A stretch of 64,000 bases of DNA from the NCBI GenBank assembly GCA_904063045.1, contig CAJFCJ010000020.1, positions 302,916 to 366,915 of the forward strand, written 5' to 3'. The notes under the pieces were generated by a model that did no database searches, was not told the DNA's origin, and saw nothing but the letters and a program-made list of their open reading frames with translations. The stretch comes from Dimorphilus gyrociliatus. Its lineage: Eukaryota > Animalia > Annelida. Below, in pieces: positions 23,913 to 38,442 of this stretch (its first letter is position 1; the number at the start of each line of letters is the position of its first letter). Made by a program: the position numbers and the translations under genes.

Positions 23913-26228
23913 CTATCCCCCCTGAAAAGGTCTTGGCTCGTGACCCTGAAAAGCTCTAACTAAACCATGAGCTGAATCGTAGATTCCTAGTACACTACAG
24001 ACTAAACCGAACGTTATTATTCCGTAATTCCTCGTCTTTTGCCAAAGACCTAAAGTTCCTTGTCTCAATTTTAAGTGAAACCAACAGGGCCATACCAATG
24101 ACAACATATTCCCTGTAAATGCTCCAATAAGACCCATTAAAACGTTAAAATGAGGTATGTATATTGCGAAAAGCATGGTTAGAATTACTAATCCTATTCG
24201 AAGAGTTAAAGCCCAGACGGTCATGTTTGCATTTGAATCATAGCAAGGTGGAAACACTGTAATAGGGCGCCCTTTAAATAGGGCGGTTTCCAACAGCTGC
24301 ACTGCGGCGAAGTACGGAAGAGGATAAGAGAGCAATGCTTTGGCCACTAAGAACAAATTAACGACACTTTTCAAAGCATCGTTCGATAAGTTGTTCGTAA
24401 TCACCTCTTTAGTCGAAAATCCCCAGGTTACGAAGCCTATGTAGGAGAATAGTGCCTTGAATACAGCAGCTGCTATATGAGTCCACTTCAGCATAGGTCT
24501 AAATAAACGTCGGTCATGTAAACTGCCTTCCAAACTTGGTAGAAAAATTTGAGAAGTATAACTGAACACAACAATGCCAACAGATATTGGAAGAGTCCAG
24601 ATATCAATCCGTATTTGGACGTCGGCGAATTTCCAATCCGATGCCTTCGTTAGGCAATAAATGATAATAATAGCGTTGATGAACATGTGGGCAACAGTAC
24701 ACCAAAATGAAAACCAGCTAACCGCCCTCAGGGATCGAAGGAAGGCGCAAGGTACTAGAAGGAACGTGGATAGCATAATCCAACTCGCCAGGTTCATATC
24801 GGAATTAGGCATAAGTCCTACCATTAGATCACCACATAGTAAAACGTAGAGAATACAAGTCATTAGTAGTTCAATGAGTAGAGCCGTATGAACAATCCGA
24901 CCACCAATACTTCTTCCCCAGACATCTTCGGCTATTCTCACGTAAGAATCCCTTACTCTTACTCTCATACCCATGTCATCAGTTTCGTAGAGGCATTCCA
25001 CCAAAATGTTACCAGTGTAATAACATATCCAAGCAACCCCAATCATAGCAAAAATAGCCCAGTAACCACCTTCTAAAACGCAATATGGGAACGTCACTAT
25101 AAACATACCCTGTATAGGAAAAACGACAGAAGGAAAAAAGAGATGAGAGTCTATAAGAAAATTTTTTTATGTATCTTTTTGGCAGCTGAACTTTTTTCGG
25201 CCATTTTCGTTGATTACTTTTTTAAAACTCAACAGTTTCATAGGATTTTTGTATTATTGTTAGCACAAATTTCATTAGTTTAGGTAAAAGGGATTCTCAT
25301 TAGACCTAAGTAGATATATTTAATAAATGTAATATGAATAGTGTCATGCACATCTTCATCTAACTTGTAAATATTCCTTTTCCATTGGTAGATATATATA
25401 TATATATATATATATAAGTGTTAAGTATATCTGATGTATTTACACTTAACAACAGTTTAAAAAGCCACATTTTTCCACTAAGAACTCTGAACGTCACGTA
25501 AAAACTTTTTGCTCTTCTAATAAACTCTAATAACGTTAATCAATCATACGAGTTACGATTAATTATTTCCTCTACATAATATATTTAACGGGAGAATAAG
25601 ATGGTGGGAGGAAAAGAAAACTCTGCTAAGTGCAAAAATCCGCCTACGTTGGCTCGTTAGTTAAGTTCTAATTTTTTTAAGTTAGCTAGACCACGTGACT
25701 AGACGGCAAAATTGTTCTTTTTTTCTTAAGAGAAAGAGAAAAAGAAAAAAATCTAGTATTCGGCAGAATGGAAAAGAAGAATGGCAGAAAATTCGATGCT
25801 TTATCAATGCGGATTGGAGAAGGGGAAAGAGAACGCTAGCCGTATCGGTCGATAAGCAGCTGTGTGTCGCCAACCAAAAATTGCAGCTGGCCCGCGCCTC
25901 GTCAATCATAGAAAATTGATTTAATAAGCGTCTAACAATTCAAAGTAAATCACCGAGCGTTCGCTTATACAAAGAGCGTTTGTCGTCGCAAGCAAACAAA
26001 TTAATCGTATTTAATTACCTGTATGGCGTTGGTGACATTCCATCCGGCTTGCCAAGCGGATATTTTTTCGACATTCTCCTCATCCGTATGCGTCTCAGTT
26101 TTTGCTGAACCGTTCGATATGTTTGTCATCTCGGTAGCTTCATTTTCGAATTGTACAAATCCAGCTTTTTCGCTCTTCTCAGTTGTTGGAAGAAAGTTCC
26201 TTACTTGACTTATCAGCATCTTAGCCAT
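23913..26228 (-). CDS. SLC32A1: Vesicular GABA/inhibitory amino acid transporter (468 aa)
   Basis: Exons 26228-26019 and 25109-23913 join as WQAGWNVTNAIQ|GMFIVTFPY. Also CYYTGNILVECLYE, VFSYTSQIFLP and KALLSYPLPYFAA motifs of VGAT/unc-47. Confidence 0.97.
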
Positions 26229-27325
26229 GTTTATAGCTTTCTTTCTCGCAAGCTCCTATGTTAATACTTTTTCAATAAGCCATTTTTTTTCTTTTCCGTT
26301 ATAGTTGATTTTCTAACTGTGATTTTCGGTCATGATATAAAATATTTCAAACAAGGCTGAAATTCACCTGACAAACATACTTGTCAAGGCGTCACTATAA
26401 TTTCGTTGCCTTCCAACTGGATTGCCACAATCAAGTAACTATCTTTTACAGGGTCACGTGTCGCGTTTGTCGAGAGCTGATTGGACGATGATAGCCTTCG
26501 TTGATGTTCCATAACAGACAAACAATTAGCGGCACGGCGTTTTTTCAACAAAACTCACGCAAACTTTTAGGCCTAACTCTGGCAACAGATACCCTCTATT
26601 TTCGGTTAAAATAACACCATCACTAATTTACAATTGGCAATGCTGTATTGTCGATAGATGGCGGGATGTAGTACTCAAAAGTAAAAGAAAGCGAAAATTA
26701 CAAACATTTTTTACTCTTTCAAACAAGGGCAGTGAGCATCTCCCAGAAGCGACTGGACAGAGATGTATGGTTCTTTAGATTTTATAAAATTCACTGTTCG
26801 AACAGTTCTGAAGATGAACCTTGATGTAACAAATTACGGATGTTGAATGATACGTGATTCTAAAGGGAATATTTGTATTCTTACAAATCGGCACCGTGGG
26901 AAAATTTACTTTCTCTTCCATTGCTAAAAAGAACTTACAAAACTGTCCTTTCTCCATTAAGATTGATTAGCTTCATCTCGACAGATGGCGTTCCTACGGT
27001 TTAGCGGTTGATATCTAACTATTGAATTCCTGAAGAGTTTATCTATAGTATATGGTTTTTTTTAAAAAAAAGAATTATTAAAAGAAATAAAAAATAGAAA
27101 GAAATATAATTGTAAATTATACATGTTTACACGATCATAATAGGAAAAGGGCTGGTTCGATAAAAATTCGTAAAATGTTTGCGCAAGTGCAAAATAAATT
27201 AGTTCATACGCTTAGTTTATTCGCTAACTGATATGAAAGTTTGTTCTGTTCACAAATATACCAATGATATTTTCTTTTGATCGAACAGCGGAAGAAGAGA
27301 GACAATTTGAAAAACATAAATAGAT

Positions 27326-27328
<3 letters not shown>

Positions 27329-27366
<38 letters not shown>

Positions 27367-27430
27367 AACAGTATAAATATATATATATAAATATATATAC
27401 ATATCATTACATATACTGTATATAGATTAT
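27329..27430. repeat. (TA)n microsatellite (similar tracts at ~11491-11518, 25391-25416, 52750-52870, 61615-61645)
   Basis: Direct reading of the sequence. Confidence 0.9.
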
Positions 27431-28803
27431 ATGCTTCTTAAAGTAAGAAAATAGCTATTTTCAATAAATATAAAAATATTCTTATTTAATAAAAACTCCT
27501 CTATATAGCTCAGGCCCTTAAAATATATAAAAATGCTTTTTGACAGTTGATTACGAAGATAAGGTAGAGTGATTTAGGCCTAGCGTTAACTATAAATTTC
27601 CTTTCGTGATTTCTTTCAACATTTACCGATCTTTCTTTTATCTTTCTTTTTAACTTTTTGTAAATATTTTTTTTTAAATCAGTTAAAAGTTTTCTATTGC
27701 GAAATTTTGTTTACTATCAATAAAATGTTTCATTAGTTTTATATTAAGTTACTTCTTTAGAAGGCCTAGAAGACTTATCGAACAGAGCAACGCCCTTGAG
27801 CACAACTACAAGGGAGACTTGAATGCGTTCATTGATCAGACTATCTACGTAAAAAAATATAAAGCAAAGTGGCAAATGTTGTTATTAACCAATCATAATC
27901 TTTAAGCAATGTCACGTGATGCTATCGATCACTAGGCCGAAGTTGAAGGCCTTCGTCTTCAAATACTATGGTTTATTTATAATATAATGAAGCATTGTTG
28001 CCAGTGTTGACAGTAGTTTAAGCCATTTTTAGTATGAACGAGAGACGTTTTTGGTTGACTTTGTTTAAAAGCATACTTCGCCGATCCGCCTTTACGTGGA
28101 AATTTGAGAAGATTTAACTTTCGGTGCTATTTGTGCAATAATTCAACAATAGTTGCAGTGTTCTCCAATCAACACTTTATAAACTGACAAAGACCAACAA
28201 ATTTGGTTGGATACTAGTTTTTTATCGAACGTTTTTCACCTTAAAGGTTAACTGTCAAGCATACTCTGGAAGGTGATAGCACAAGATAAGGTGATAGGTC
28301 TAGGAGTACGCGGAACATAAACAGGACAGTAGAAGAGCCTGCTAAAAGTTATCAACAACTAAAACATATATTGAACAAATATATATATATATATACTTTC
28401 ATATAGATATATATATAAATATTTTTAGTACACCTAATTAAAAGGAATAACATCAAACACCGTGTTCCGGACAGGCAAAATACCGATTCTTCAACAGCTC
28501 AAAGGATAAAATAAATATATTTTTTTGCCATCTTTCACCTTTGAATATTATCTCTCTTCCCTGATCGTAAATTCGATCATTCTATCTGCATTATTCAAGT
28601 GAATGCTCAGATTGTTGACCGCGGTTCTGACTTCGTTTTATATAAACCTGGAATTTGGCCAACTGATTTAATTCTGCGTTGATATCTTTTTGCACATTTG
28701 AAACTAATATCATATAATTAAATTTGACTAACTAACACGAAATATTATAAAAACTCTAATGGTTACTTAAGAAAATGATACCCAGCCCAAAGAAGAGATA
28801 ACT

Positions 28804-29992
28804 ATGATGGATAATTCAGAAAAGCATGTACGCTGGGGAGAGCAATTGGAGGCCCCGCCAACTAGGAGGAGTGATGGTTCTAGACCAATCACGCCCATTA
28901 TTAAACGCAGAGGATTTGCGGGAAACGAAAGAGCAAGGAGTATTAGTGAACCATCATCGCCTGTTGTGCATGGTAAGTTCTTCACGTTTAACAAAGACGG
29001 CGAAAAAGTTACTTTATTAACCGATCATAAATCAGAAGATTCAATGAACAACAATACCGATGAGGATCAAACTTATAGAACGGCTAGTTTTCTGAATTTT
29101 GAACCACCTAAAGCTGCCAAACATGTGCATAGGAAAGAAGTGAAGAGAAAGCCAAGGAATAATTCAGTAGGTAATGCAGTGACCACTATTTGGAATGAGC
29201 AAGAAACGAATGACAAAGGGAATGACTCTGTAGCCACAGGCACTGGCCTGGCGAATCGATATTCAAACTCAGATAATGCGGACAATATTGACTGGAATAA
29301 GAAAAAAAATGAAACCATGAGGTCACCTACCCCATCCGCTCTCGACAATTTTTCTCAAATATTCTCTAAAGATTGTCCTGGTATAATGGCTCAAATAAAT
29401 AATAAGGAAATTAATCCAGACAATCTGCCAGAAAGAGATGAAAATGCTATTAAAGAATTTTTAACCAAACAATATCCTCCTAAATCACCAAAGTCGCCTT
29501 CTTCGCCGTCTCTTTCAGAGGCCAGTAGTGAAGCGAGTCGTTCAACGGCTGGGTCTGAAAAAGTGTTGACCAGAACAAGGCGAAAGAAAAAACAGAAAAG
29601 CAAAACACCTAATGTGGCTAGCATGTTGTTTGTTGCAGATCAACCTTCTGAAGCAGAGAACTTATGGAAGCAATATTGTGAAACGAGCAAAATTTCGAAA
29701 CCAGAAACAACTCTAACTCAAGAAGATTATATAACAAGGAGCAAGATTTTGAATAATCAATGGAAAGCTCTACAACTCAGTTACAACAACGCCAATAATA
29801 ATAATAACATCAATAACAATAATAGCGACAGTGAAACATCTCCAACTGCCCATCGCACGGCATTCAGTGATACTGAAGCATCGGACGAAAACCTTCAAAG
29901 GAATTGGAAAAGGTTATCTCTAAGAAGTAGGCGGTCGCCAAACAGTAAATTACCCGTATTACAAGCGTGGGATTCTAAAAAGGAGAGACAAG
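28804..29992 (+). CDS. Long Ser/Lys/Asn-rich disordered exon (~396 aa); either the N-terminus of the CLASP gene or a separate gene
   Basis: 410-codon ORF with a phase-1 donor CAA G|gtaac at 29992/29993 that matches the phase-1 acceptor at 31058. A short alternative terminal exon (acceptor 30050) is also possible. Contains an SxLP motif (NSKLPV, 29944-29955). Confidence 0.65.
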
Positions 29993-31057
29993 GTAACAAA
30001 ATACCTATGATTATTAATATTTATTTTCCTCAGTAGAAATAATTATTTAGCTCGCCTCTGTAAAAATTTTGCTCGTAAATCAAATATTTGATTGTTAGTG
30101 GAAGACGACTTGGCGTCAGGGTATATTGTATTTTGCAGCTAAATATTTTATAGAAGGAGTAAAAATTTAACAAACACTTTCCTGTTCTTCCTATCCCTTC
30201 TTTTTTTTAATTTTAGCAAGTTCCTTCTAATGCTATTCATATATTTTTTAACTATTATGTAATTGAAGAGAGTTTTTCTAAAAAGGTCATTCTTAATGGT
30301 AGGCACAGGGCAGCTACAGAAAGAATGAGGTTAGATAGAAATATATAAATAAATCTACGGTCGATACTTTAGAGATACCTTACTGTATGATATAGATATA
30401 TAAATAAATATATATATATATATAAAGTATATAAAAATATATCAGTGCATACAAAGTGAAAGGCTAGTAAATGACAGTGGATATAAAGGGTAAATTTTGA
30501 CTGTCCTTTTTGGCATTCTTGGCACATATGTGGTGTATAAACTAAATACGCTCCATTGTTATGAGAATTCCTTCAACAACCCAATACGATTTTTATCTCC
30601 TTAAATAATCAGAAAGACCTGGCTGTTTTCGCGATAGTCATAAACCTAAACTTTAAAGACTAGAATTGCCTACTCATTTTGCGGTTTTTGACTATGGTAG
30701 TCAAGTATAAACAAAATTATATTGGTCTATGCATAAAAGGCAAAAAAGGGATAGAAAAGGGAAGAAAGGATATTATAATTGATTTCAGTAAGTTTTTACC
30801 GAGTTTAAAGGAATAAGAGAAGGGAGCTGGAAAGTAGGAGGTGGGGGGGGGGGGAGAGAGCACTGGATTGAAAAGGAAATATTTCAATCGAAACCGCTAA
30901 TCGCCTCCGAGGCGCGTCGGTAAACTTTGAAAGAGGATGCAACGTCCCTTCGATGTTTGACGACAAAAATATAGAGTCTCTTGAGACATTCGATACGATA
31001 CGACGGAAAAAAAATTTTTTTATAGATTTTAATAAAGAAGATATGCACTTTTTATAG

Positions 31058-34000
31058 AGTCTTCTTCTGTACCATCAACCCCCACAAACCATTCTAACTT
31101 CACATCAAACAATGAAGAAAGGGTCGCAAGCACAAAACTTAAAAAATCTTCAAGCTTTAGTGGAACTTCCTGTTCAAACTTTACGAAGAATGACCGCCCC
31201 ACAGTGTCCTCTATTGATAGAGATGCATTCCTCAAGTGTTTCGAAGAAGATTTTATACCTGTAAAAATAGTTAACGTGAAGGATATGCAAGATAGAATGT
31301 TCCAAATCAAATTAACGTTAGCATCACCTCATATTGATTGGGAAAAACGATGTAGTACGGTTAGTATATAATTATTTAAATTTACATGTGATAAATCAAC
31401 TATAGCAAGATCTGCATATAGTAGGCTTAAATACCCCTCTTCTAGGCTAGTGAGGACACTTTTACACAAAAAAGGGTTATTACGTTTCTCCGGTTTCAGT
31501 TCCATTTAAAAGACATTGTAGAGTTTAATAAAGCGATTTTGATACAAATTTTGGCGGCTTTTCACAAATTTTTAACCTTAACTCAATCTGACAGCTTTCA
31601 TCAGCCGCTTAGAATTCTTCCAATATAATTAAAATTGTTTTATTTTTTAATAGGCCTATTAACTTTACGAGAGTAAAATTACTTTGTGCACTAATTTCTC
31701 TACAAATATTGAAGTTAAACACAATGGAATAACGACTTTTTTTAACTATTATGAGAATTATATAAGGAATTAATCTCTACAGTTAATGCTATTATATTAT
31801 TTACAATAATTATAAGATCACCCGAAAAGTTTGAATATATCACAAAAAACATATTGTTAAATACTTTAATAAGTATTTTTTTATGTATAAAAGAACTTCC
31901 AACCTTTCATTTGTTATTTGATTCTATCAAGGGATATTACTTCTCTAAACGGTCTTAAAGATGGCGACACCTTCGACATTCTATTCTTTTATTTTTACAT
32001 CTTTACACTATGTAATGTTTCCTTACTACTTGTACCTTAAAAAACTCGGTTAATATTATCTAAATATCCGTTCTACGAGCACTACATTAAGTAAACACTT
32101 GGAAATACTATCAAACTAAGTTCAAAACCAACAAAAGAGAATGGAATTAAGCCTACTTCGAATGAAATTATATAAAAAAATCTTATGTTTGTTTTTAAAT
32201 AGCTAAAGGAAATCCGGTCGTTGATTGCTAATGGGGCGACAAGATACGATGAATTTTTTTCTTGCCTTCGACTCTTAGAACCCTCAATGCAAGTTACTTT
32301 AAAAGATTTGAGAAGTCAAGTAGTCCGTGAAACCTGCATCACTCTTGCATACTTGTCCGTAAAGTTACGGTCGAAATTTGATCATTTTACGGAAATTATA
32401 CTCTCTTATTTGTTTGCCTTAATACCTAACGCTGTCAAAGTAATGTCGAGTTCTGCTTGTACCTGCATAAGTTTCCTTTTAGAGGTAATTTAAGTTACAA
32501 TATTTTGAAATAAGAGAAATATTAAGTATTTTGATAAAAAATCAACAAACAACACAATAGAATTCCCGAAACTCAAACGTTCTGTCAAGCCTGTTGAAAC
32601 AATTGAAATCAAAGTCAAATGTCATTCGGCGAGAAGGTTACGATTTCATAGCTCTAGTTCTGACGAAATGGTCAACAAGATATTTGGAAAAGAATGCCGA
32701 CGCAATTCAGGAATGTATAGTAGCTGGCTTGTCCGATGCCGATTCGGACGCAAGAGCACACGCCAGAAGGTAAATAAATATTATAAATATATATTTATCT
32801 AATAAGAAATCTAATAAAAATAATATTCCAATATAGAGGTTTTTGGGCGTATGCCGACCACTTTCCGAACAAAGCGGAACAGTTAAGGAGATCATTAGAC
32901 TTTTCAAAACAGAAATTGTTACAAGGAAAGATTAATGGTGTTGTTACAAAGGTCGCCAGCTCGATAAGAACCCGATCACAAAGCGCTGATAGGAGGTAAA
33001 TCAATAGCTAAATAATAAATTAATCAAATATTACAATATAGCGCAAGATAGTGTAAATACCTAACGTTCTTCAATTTTATGATTTACGATATTAAAACAT
33101 TTTAGTAGACTATAGAATGAAAAAGCATAAAACATGTTGAAATGTATTAAATTCAATGGAAGCGGGAAAGTTTGAATGAATTGTTTATTTTTTGGAGAAC
33201 CTATCATTTTCTTTTCTAGTAGTAATAGGTTTAATAAAATAGTGTAAATAGGTGTTTTATCCGAATCTAAAGTGGAAATTTTGAATTTTTATGTAACAAA
33301 AAAAAGGTTCTCAACAACTTTTAGAAATTTGTATTCAATCGATTAAAATTTTCTTTTTGTGTTTTCTTGACATACAGTAAAAGCAAAGATATTTCTCATT
33401 CAGCAAAAGTCGACACACCTCAAAGACCAAGGCAAGCTACCTGCAAAAATCTTGTTAGTATTTTGAATATATTATTCAATTTAGGCCTAGTTTTCTCTAT
33501 TATTTCCTATATGAATTATAGAATTTGATTTTTTTTTTTGATGATTTCAAAGAAAGTTAAAAGATTTGTTCAAGATAATTTTGAACCTGAAAGCGATGAC
33601 GCTCACAGCGAAAGCTCTAGTTTGTATTCAAACACTTCTTTTAGTAGCCACGGAAGTAGATCTGAAGTAATAAAGACTTTTTATAATATTTACACTCTTT
33701 CACTAATAATACCATTAAATATCTATTAAAAACAGGATCTTCTACACGTTATCAAGAACCTAGATAATTCGTTATGGATGGATAAAAGGGAAGGTCTGCT
33801 ATCTCTGAAAAGTTTATTATTGAACGGCCGTAAATTGAATTTCGAAGAATTGAAGCAAATAATGGAGTGTATTGTGCGTACACTTCATGAACAGCATGCA
33901 AAACTTTTTTCCTCTCTCTTGGATGTTATACCAGAACTAATTTCTACTCATAGTAACATGTCAAATTGGTTATACATATTGTTAGTTCGATTACTATTAA

Positions 34001-35211
34001 GAGGTGGGAGTTCTGATGTCTTAGGTTCCCTGCAAATTAAACTATGGAAATGCCTGCAAGTTATAAGAGATACGTTTGATCCTAGTGAGCAAATTCAGTG
34101 TCTGGCAAAGATCATAATTGAACCCTCATTGAGCTTGTCACTTAAGGTTAAAGAGACTATTTCTACTTACGCTATAGAAGTAGTTAAAAGGATAGACGGT
34201 GAAATCATGGAAAAATTGTTAAAGGATAATGGAATTCGTTTAGCTGTCTCAAAGATAATTATGTGGACGTCGGAGCCGAAAAGTGGCGAATTAAGAACAG
34301 CCAGTTGTAAATTAATCGTAGCTTTATTTGACTGCAATCCACCTGCTTTTCAAAGCATTCTTTCTTCGATGCCTCATTCCTTCCGACAAAAGACAACTGC
34401 CGTCCTAAAAACATTTGTTAAAAGGGCAACAGGCGATGAGCATAAAAATTCCAGATTTATCTCACCATTCCCGCCCCCACCACCTCCAGTTGTCGATAAT
34501 GGCGTGAATGACATAGACATAGATCAATTATTGCATAACTTATCCAACTATGAGCTAGAAAATGGAAAACGGATGGACCATTTTAGAGCTTTGCTAAAAG
34601 TAACCACCTCTGGTTCTATTCCAGAAGATGAATGGGACAGCTTTTATTCTAGTATACTTTTATTAATTTTAGATGCTGTTTCCGGAAAAGAAGAAGAAGA
34701 TAACCTTAAAGAAATTGCTTTAAAAACTCTTAATGAACTTTTGCAAAGTGACATAACAAAAGTTGGAAAATATTTAGATTTAACAACGAAGAAAATACTA
34801 GAATGTAAGCTATCAGAAAATTCACAAGGGATCAAAACTGTCGCTGATAAATGCTTAAAAACCTTAATGAAAATGTCTGACCTACCTTTACTATTAATTT
34901 CTATATCTTCTTGCATTACCGCCGATTTACACGAATTAAACGTTATATCTCTCCATGCTCTAAAGGACCTCATTGAAAAGTCCAGTCGTGAACAATCGAT
35001 GGATGCCCTGTCATCAATAGCTTCTAAAGTGATATTAGCTTATTACAGCCCTGAATCATCAGTACGAAAATGTGCAGTAGTTGCTTTAGTGGCTCTATAT
35101 ATGAAGGTCGGAGACACAATTTTAAAGAATTATTTAAAAGATCTAGCTCCAGCCAAATTACAGTTATTAGAGTTGTATATAGAAAAATTATCAAAAAAAG
35201 AAAGAAATTAG
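31058..35211 (+). CDS. CLASP: CLIP-associating protein (TOG2, TOG3, CLIP-interacting domain)
   Basis: Exons 31058-31359, 32203-32484, 32561-32769, 32837-32995, 33378-33453, 33553-33666, 33736-35211. Motifs DWEKR, KDLRSQVVRETCIT, D.DSDARAHAR..FW, SDDAHSESSS, W.DKREGL and SSVRKCAVVALVALY are typical of CLASP. Confidence 0.93.
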
Positions 35212-35911
35212 AGCCTATATCTATTATATATATAAATGTATATATAGATATTTTTATATAAAATACCGTGCAATACGAAGATGAAGCAAAAATGAAAAAG
35301 AACCAGATAATCAAAATTAACATATAATGAGCAAAATCAGACATATGAACTTTTCTATCTATCTTTTACGTTTTCCTTCCTTTCAAGCCAGCTCTTTTTT
35401 TACTTAGCATTTAAATCAAAGAAACAACTAATGAAGTTTAAAATATGTTTTTTTTTCTTTATCTCCAATTATCTCGTTCGAAAATAGTAGAAACAATTGT
35501 TTTTAATGTCTGTATTATCTTTTCCTACTTTCTTCCTTTCTCTGTCTCTCTGTCTCTCTATAAATTTACATTGAGAATATTGAGCTTTATTTTTTCAATA
35601 CAATAGTTATATTTGTTGGCGAGCATAGAACTAAAAATATGCTGCCATTTTACTATTCTTTGCTAAAATCTTACATTTAATGGCATTATCAGTGGTACTT
35701 ATTGAATATTTTACTCCTGTTTATCAAATTATATGTTATATAATGAATGTCAATACTTTATGCAAATTTTTGAAGAATTTTTAAAATTTCTAAGGTGTTT
35801 TAAAACGCTCCTCAACTTTTTTCTAATTATAAGGTTCTATGCTTCTATTTGTTCAGGGAACAGACCACCCCTATGCTCTGACCGATTTTAGACACGTACG
35901 ACTGTTTACGC

Positions 35912-35930
35912 GTTACGTAAGTTACGTAAT
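35912..35930. promoter_or_regulatory. Two abutting TTACGTAA palindromes (PAR-bZIP/E4BP4-type consensus)
   Basis: Sequence GTTACGTAA GTTACGTAAT, between the 3' ends of CLASP and the minus-strand ZP gene. Confidence 0.4.
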
Positions 35931-36489
35931 CCATTTTTAAATAACGGTTGGAAAAAGTGAGATAACCGGAAAGGAGAGATTCGGCTTATCCGCTTTCATA
36001 AATTTTATAATAGACAAGAGATATCTTGTTTACGTGATTGAATAAGATAAGCTAAGAAACAGCGACGACCTTGGATAAAACAGCACGTTTTTCTTCTTCT
36101 AAATGGTAAAAGAACTGAAAAAAATTCTTCTTTGTATTTCGAATACGAATCACCATGGTAACAATCCATAGGGTGTGACGAGAGAATTGGGTCTGTTACA
36201 TTTAATGATTATAGGATCTGCGTCAGATTATACTCTCCATCACGATCACTGTCCCTTTTTCGTTTGCGACTCCGAAAATCGTTCTTATAAACAAATTACT
36301 CGAATATTACTAAATACTTGTTATAAACTCAGTATTAAACATTTACAATTGTATTATTTAGAAACAAATAAAAAAGAGTATAGCACACATAACTAAAATA
36401 TCTAATTTTAGAAATAATTAAATAATATTATCAATGGAAGTCGTATAATCTCACTTTTTTTTGTTCTTTTCCGTTTTGCTTTTACAGTT

Positions 36490-38442
36490 TTAAATATACG
36501 CTTCATCCTCTTTTTCAGCAGCTTCATTGTCGTATTCCCTTAATTTCAATTGAGCAGTTTGACTCTTTCGGAAAAGGCAGGCTGTATCATCTCTTCTAAT
36601 TACCTCTCTCCTGTAAAGATATAGAAATCCGATAGATGACGCTAGTAGTAGGAATATAAGGATTGATAGTATTGTAATGACACTGACGAAAGTTTGTCTA
36701 TTCAATTTGACATAGTTATCGTCAGATGGAATATCTTGAACGCTTTCCAATTCTTTTTCGGAGCTAAATCTAATCGACATTACAACGTTATCTTCTGCAA
36801 ACTGATCTGTGGCTCTCCTCTGTCTTTTCGATGACTTTAATAATGTAGAATTTGAACATACCGACGGGTTGCATTTATTCATTTCATTCATTAGACATAA
36901 AATAACTCTACAATGTAGAAAGAAATTACTTCCCGACGAAAATTTAAAGAGTTTTATCTTTCCAGTTTCAAGCATATGAGCCTGAGAAGAATATCTTCTC
37001 CAATTATTAAGGGAGTTAAATGTATTTTGGTTCGCTACGGGACATCCTTCAGCAATTAATGGCAAACTTAGACTGTCATCATCTCCCAGAGTATACGAAT
37101 TGCTAGCTATACAATTTCGAACTTTAATTGCCCCATAAGCGTCTCTCTTATTCAAGACGATTATAAACCTAACAGAATCTCCAACTCTCATATAAGTATC
37201 ACTTGGAACTCTTTCACCGATGGTATTTTCAATGAATGTTGAAAGGTTTGGTACACTGTGAACTCCAACACTCCCTCGAGCGTGTCTGTTATAGAGATAA
37301 CGACAATGAACAGTGAATCTATTACATAAGTATTTTAATTAGTTGTTTAGAAAAATCTTACTCAATTACTCCAACGGCTTGGAAATTCGATCGAACTTGT
37401 GTTATAAATTCGCAGAATGTATCGAATATAATATCATTTACAGATGGCATATCATACTTTTGAACATAGATTTTGCTTGAATATTTTATGCTATCGGTCA
37501 TCATAATTTTTCTCATACCACAATGATCTTCTTTTAATGGTAATTGCAATAAATAAGCTCCTTTATATTTACAATATTTCTCATTTGGTCGTCCTTGACA
37601 CTTTATATCTTCCCCATGATTATTGGTATATATTCTGGAACTCGTACTTAAGTTAATACCATCATGTTGAAAATAACAAACATTCATTGTCATTGTATCA
37701 ACCCAACATTTTACATCGACTGTATAAATTAAAAATAAATATAAGTAAAAAGGAATTCTCAATAAATTATGTGTTATATGCTACCGTGAATTATCTCGCA
37801 ATTTTCTCCTGATCTGGACGCCGGGCATAGACAACCGTCCTTTAATAAATCATCATTTATATCATAGCATTTCCCTTCGTTGTTTTCGCAAATAAAACAA
37901 TTAACATCTAAAAAGGTTGTTATCATTTGGGCGCAATACTCTTCGCCGTTTTTTCGAACGTGAAGAGTATTTTGATCGCACATACATTTATGTAATCCAT
38001 CAGATGAATCTGTACAAGAACTATGTTTCTTTAAACATCGTCTTGTTTCTTTTAAGCAGTGCTCTCCTATGCCAGGTAGAAATTGACAGCTTCCATTCTG
38101 CATATGATAGCTGTCTGATTCCTTGCAGAGACATCTTTTTGATGATCCATCAACTTCGATACAGTTCAGACTGTCAATATAATTAAGGGGGTCAAATTTT
38201 TTACAATCCTCTATGGTTTGGCACGTGGAATCAGTAAAAACATTTTCGTGATTTAAGGCTGTTTTTTTGTTCTAAATGTTAATTTACTTAAAGAAAAATT
38301 CATAATAAAAGTTTTATAGTAAAATATATGCAGATTAGAGATTGTAATACAAGAGAAAATACAGAAAACATGGCGTACCTGATACAGTAGTCAAAATCAC
38401 CGTATAAGTGTAAATTTCAAGTATTAAGTCCAATTTATTCAT
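36490..38442 (-). CDS. Cys-rich/EGF plus ZP-domain type I membrane protein (~563 aa)
   Basis: Exons 38442-38379, 38258-37785, 37719-37362, 37285-36490. Signal peptide, Cys-rich modules, EGF, ZP-N, ZP-C (FFLHCRVILC), furin site KRQRR, TM ILSILIFLLLASSIGFLYLY. Last acceptor (37285 vs 37318) chosen by alignment to the paralog. Confidence 0.85.

Noticed and set aside
25695-25919. 74-aa plus ORF (and 25682-25909 minus) in the VGAT intron
   Set aside because: Low-complexity Lys/Arg run from a purine tract; no recognisable homology or splice structure.
27204-27407. IYIY-type ORFs here and at 52679-52891, 52733-53020, 61224-61468
   Set aside because: Translations of (TA)n microsatellites; the 52733-53020 frame overlaps the acceptor of the plus-strand gene.
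37286-37318. Extra ZP-N-like strand FTVHCRYLYNR if the acceptor at 37318 is used
   Set aside because: Alignment with the paralog favours the 37285 acceptor; kept only as a possible alternative splice.
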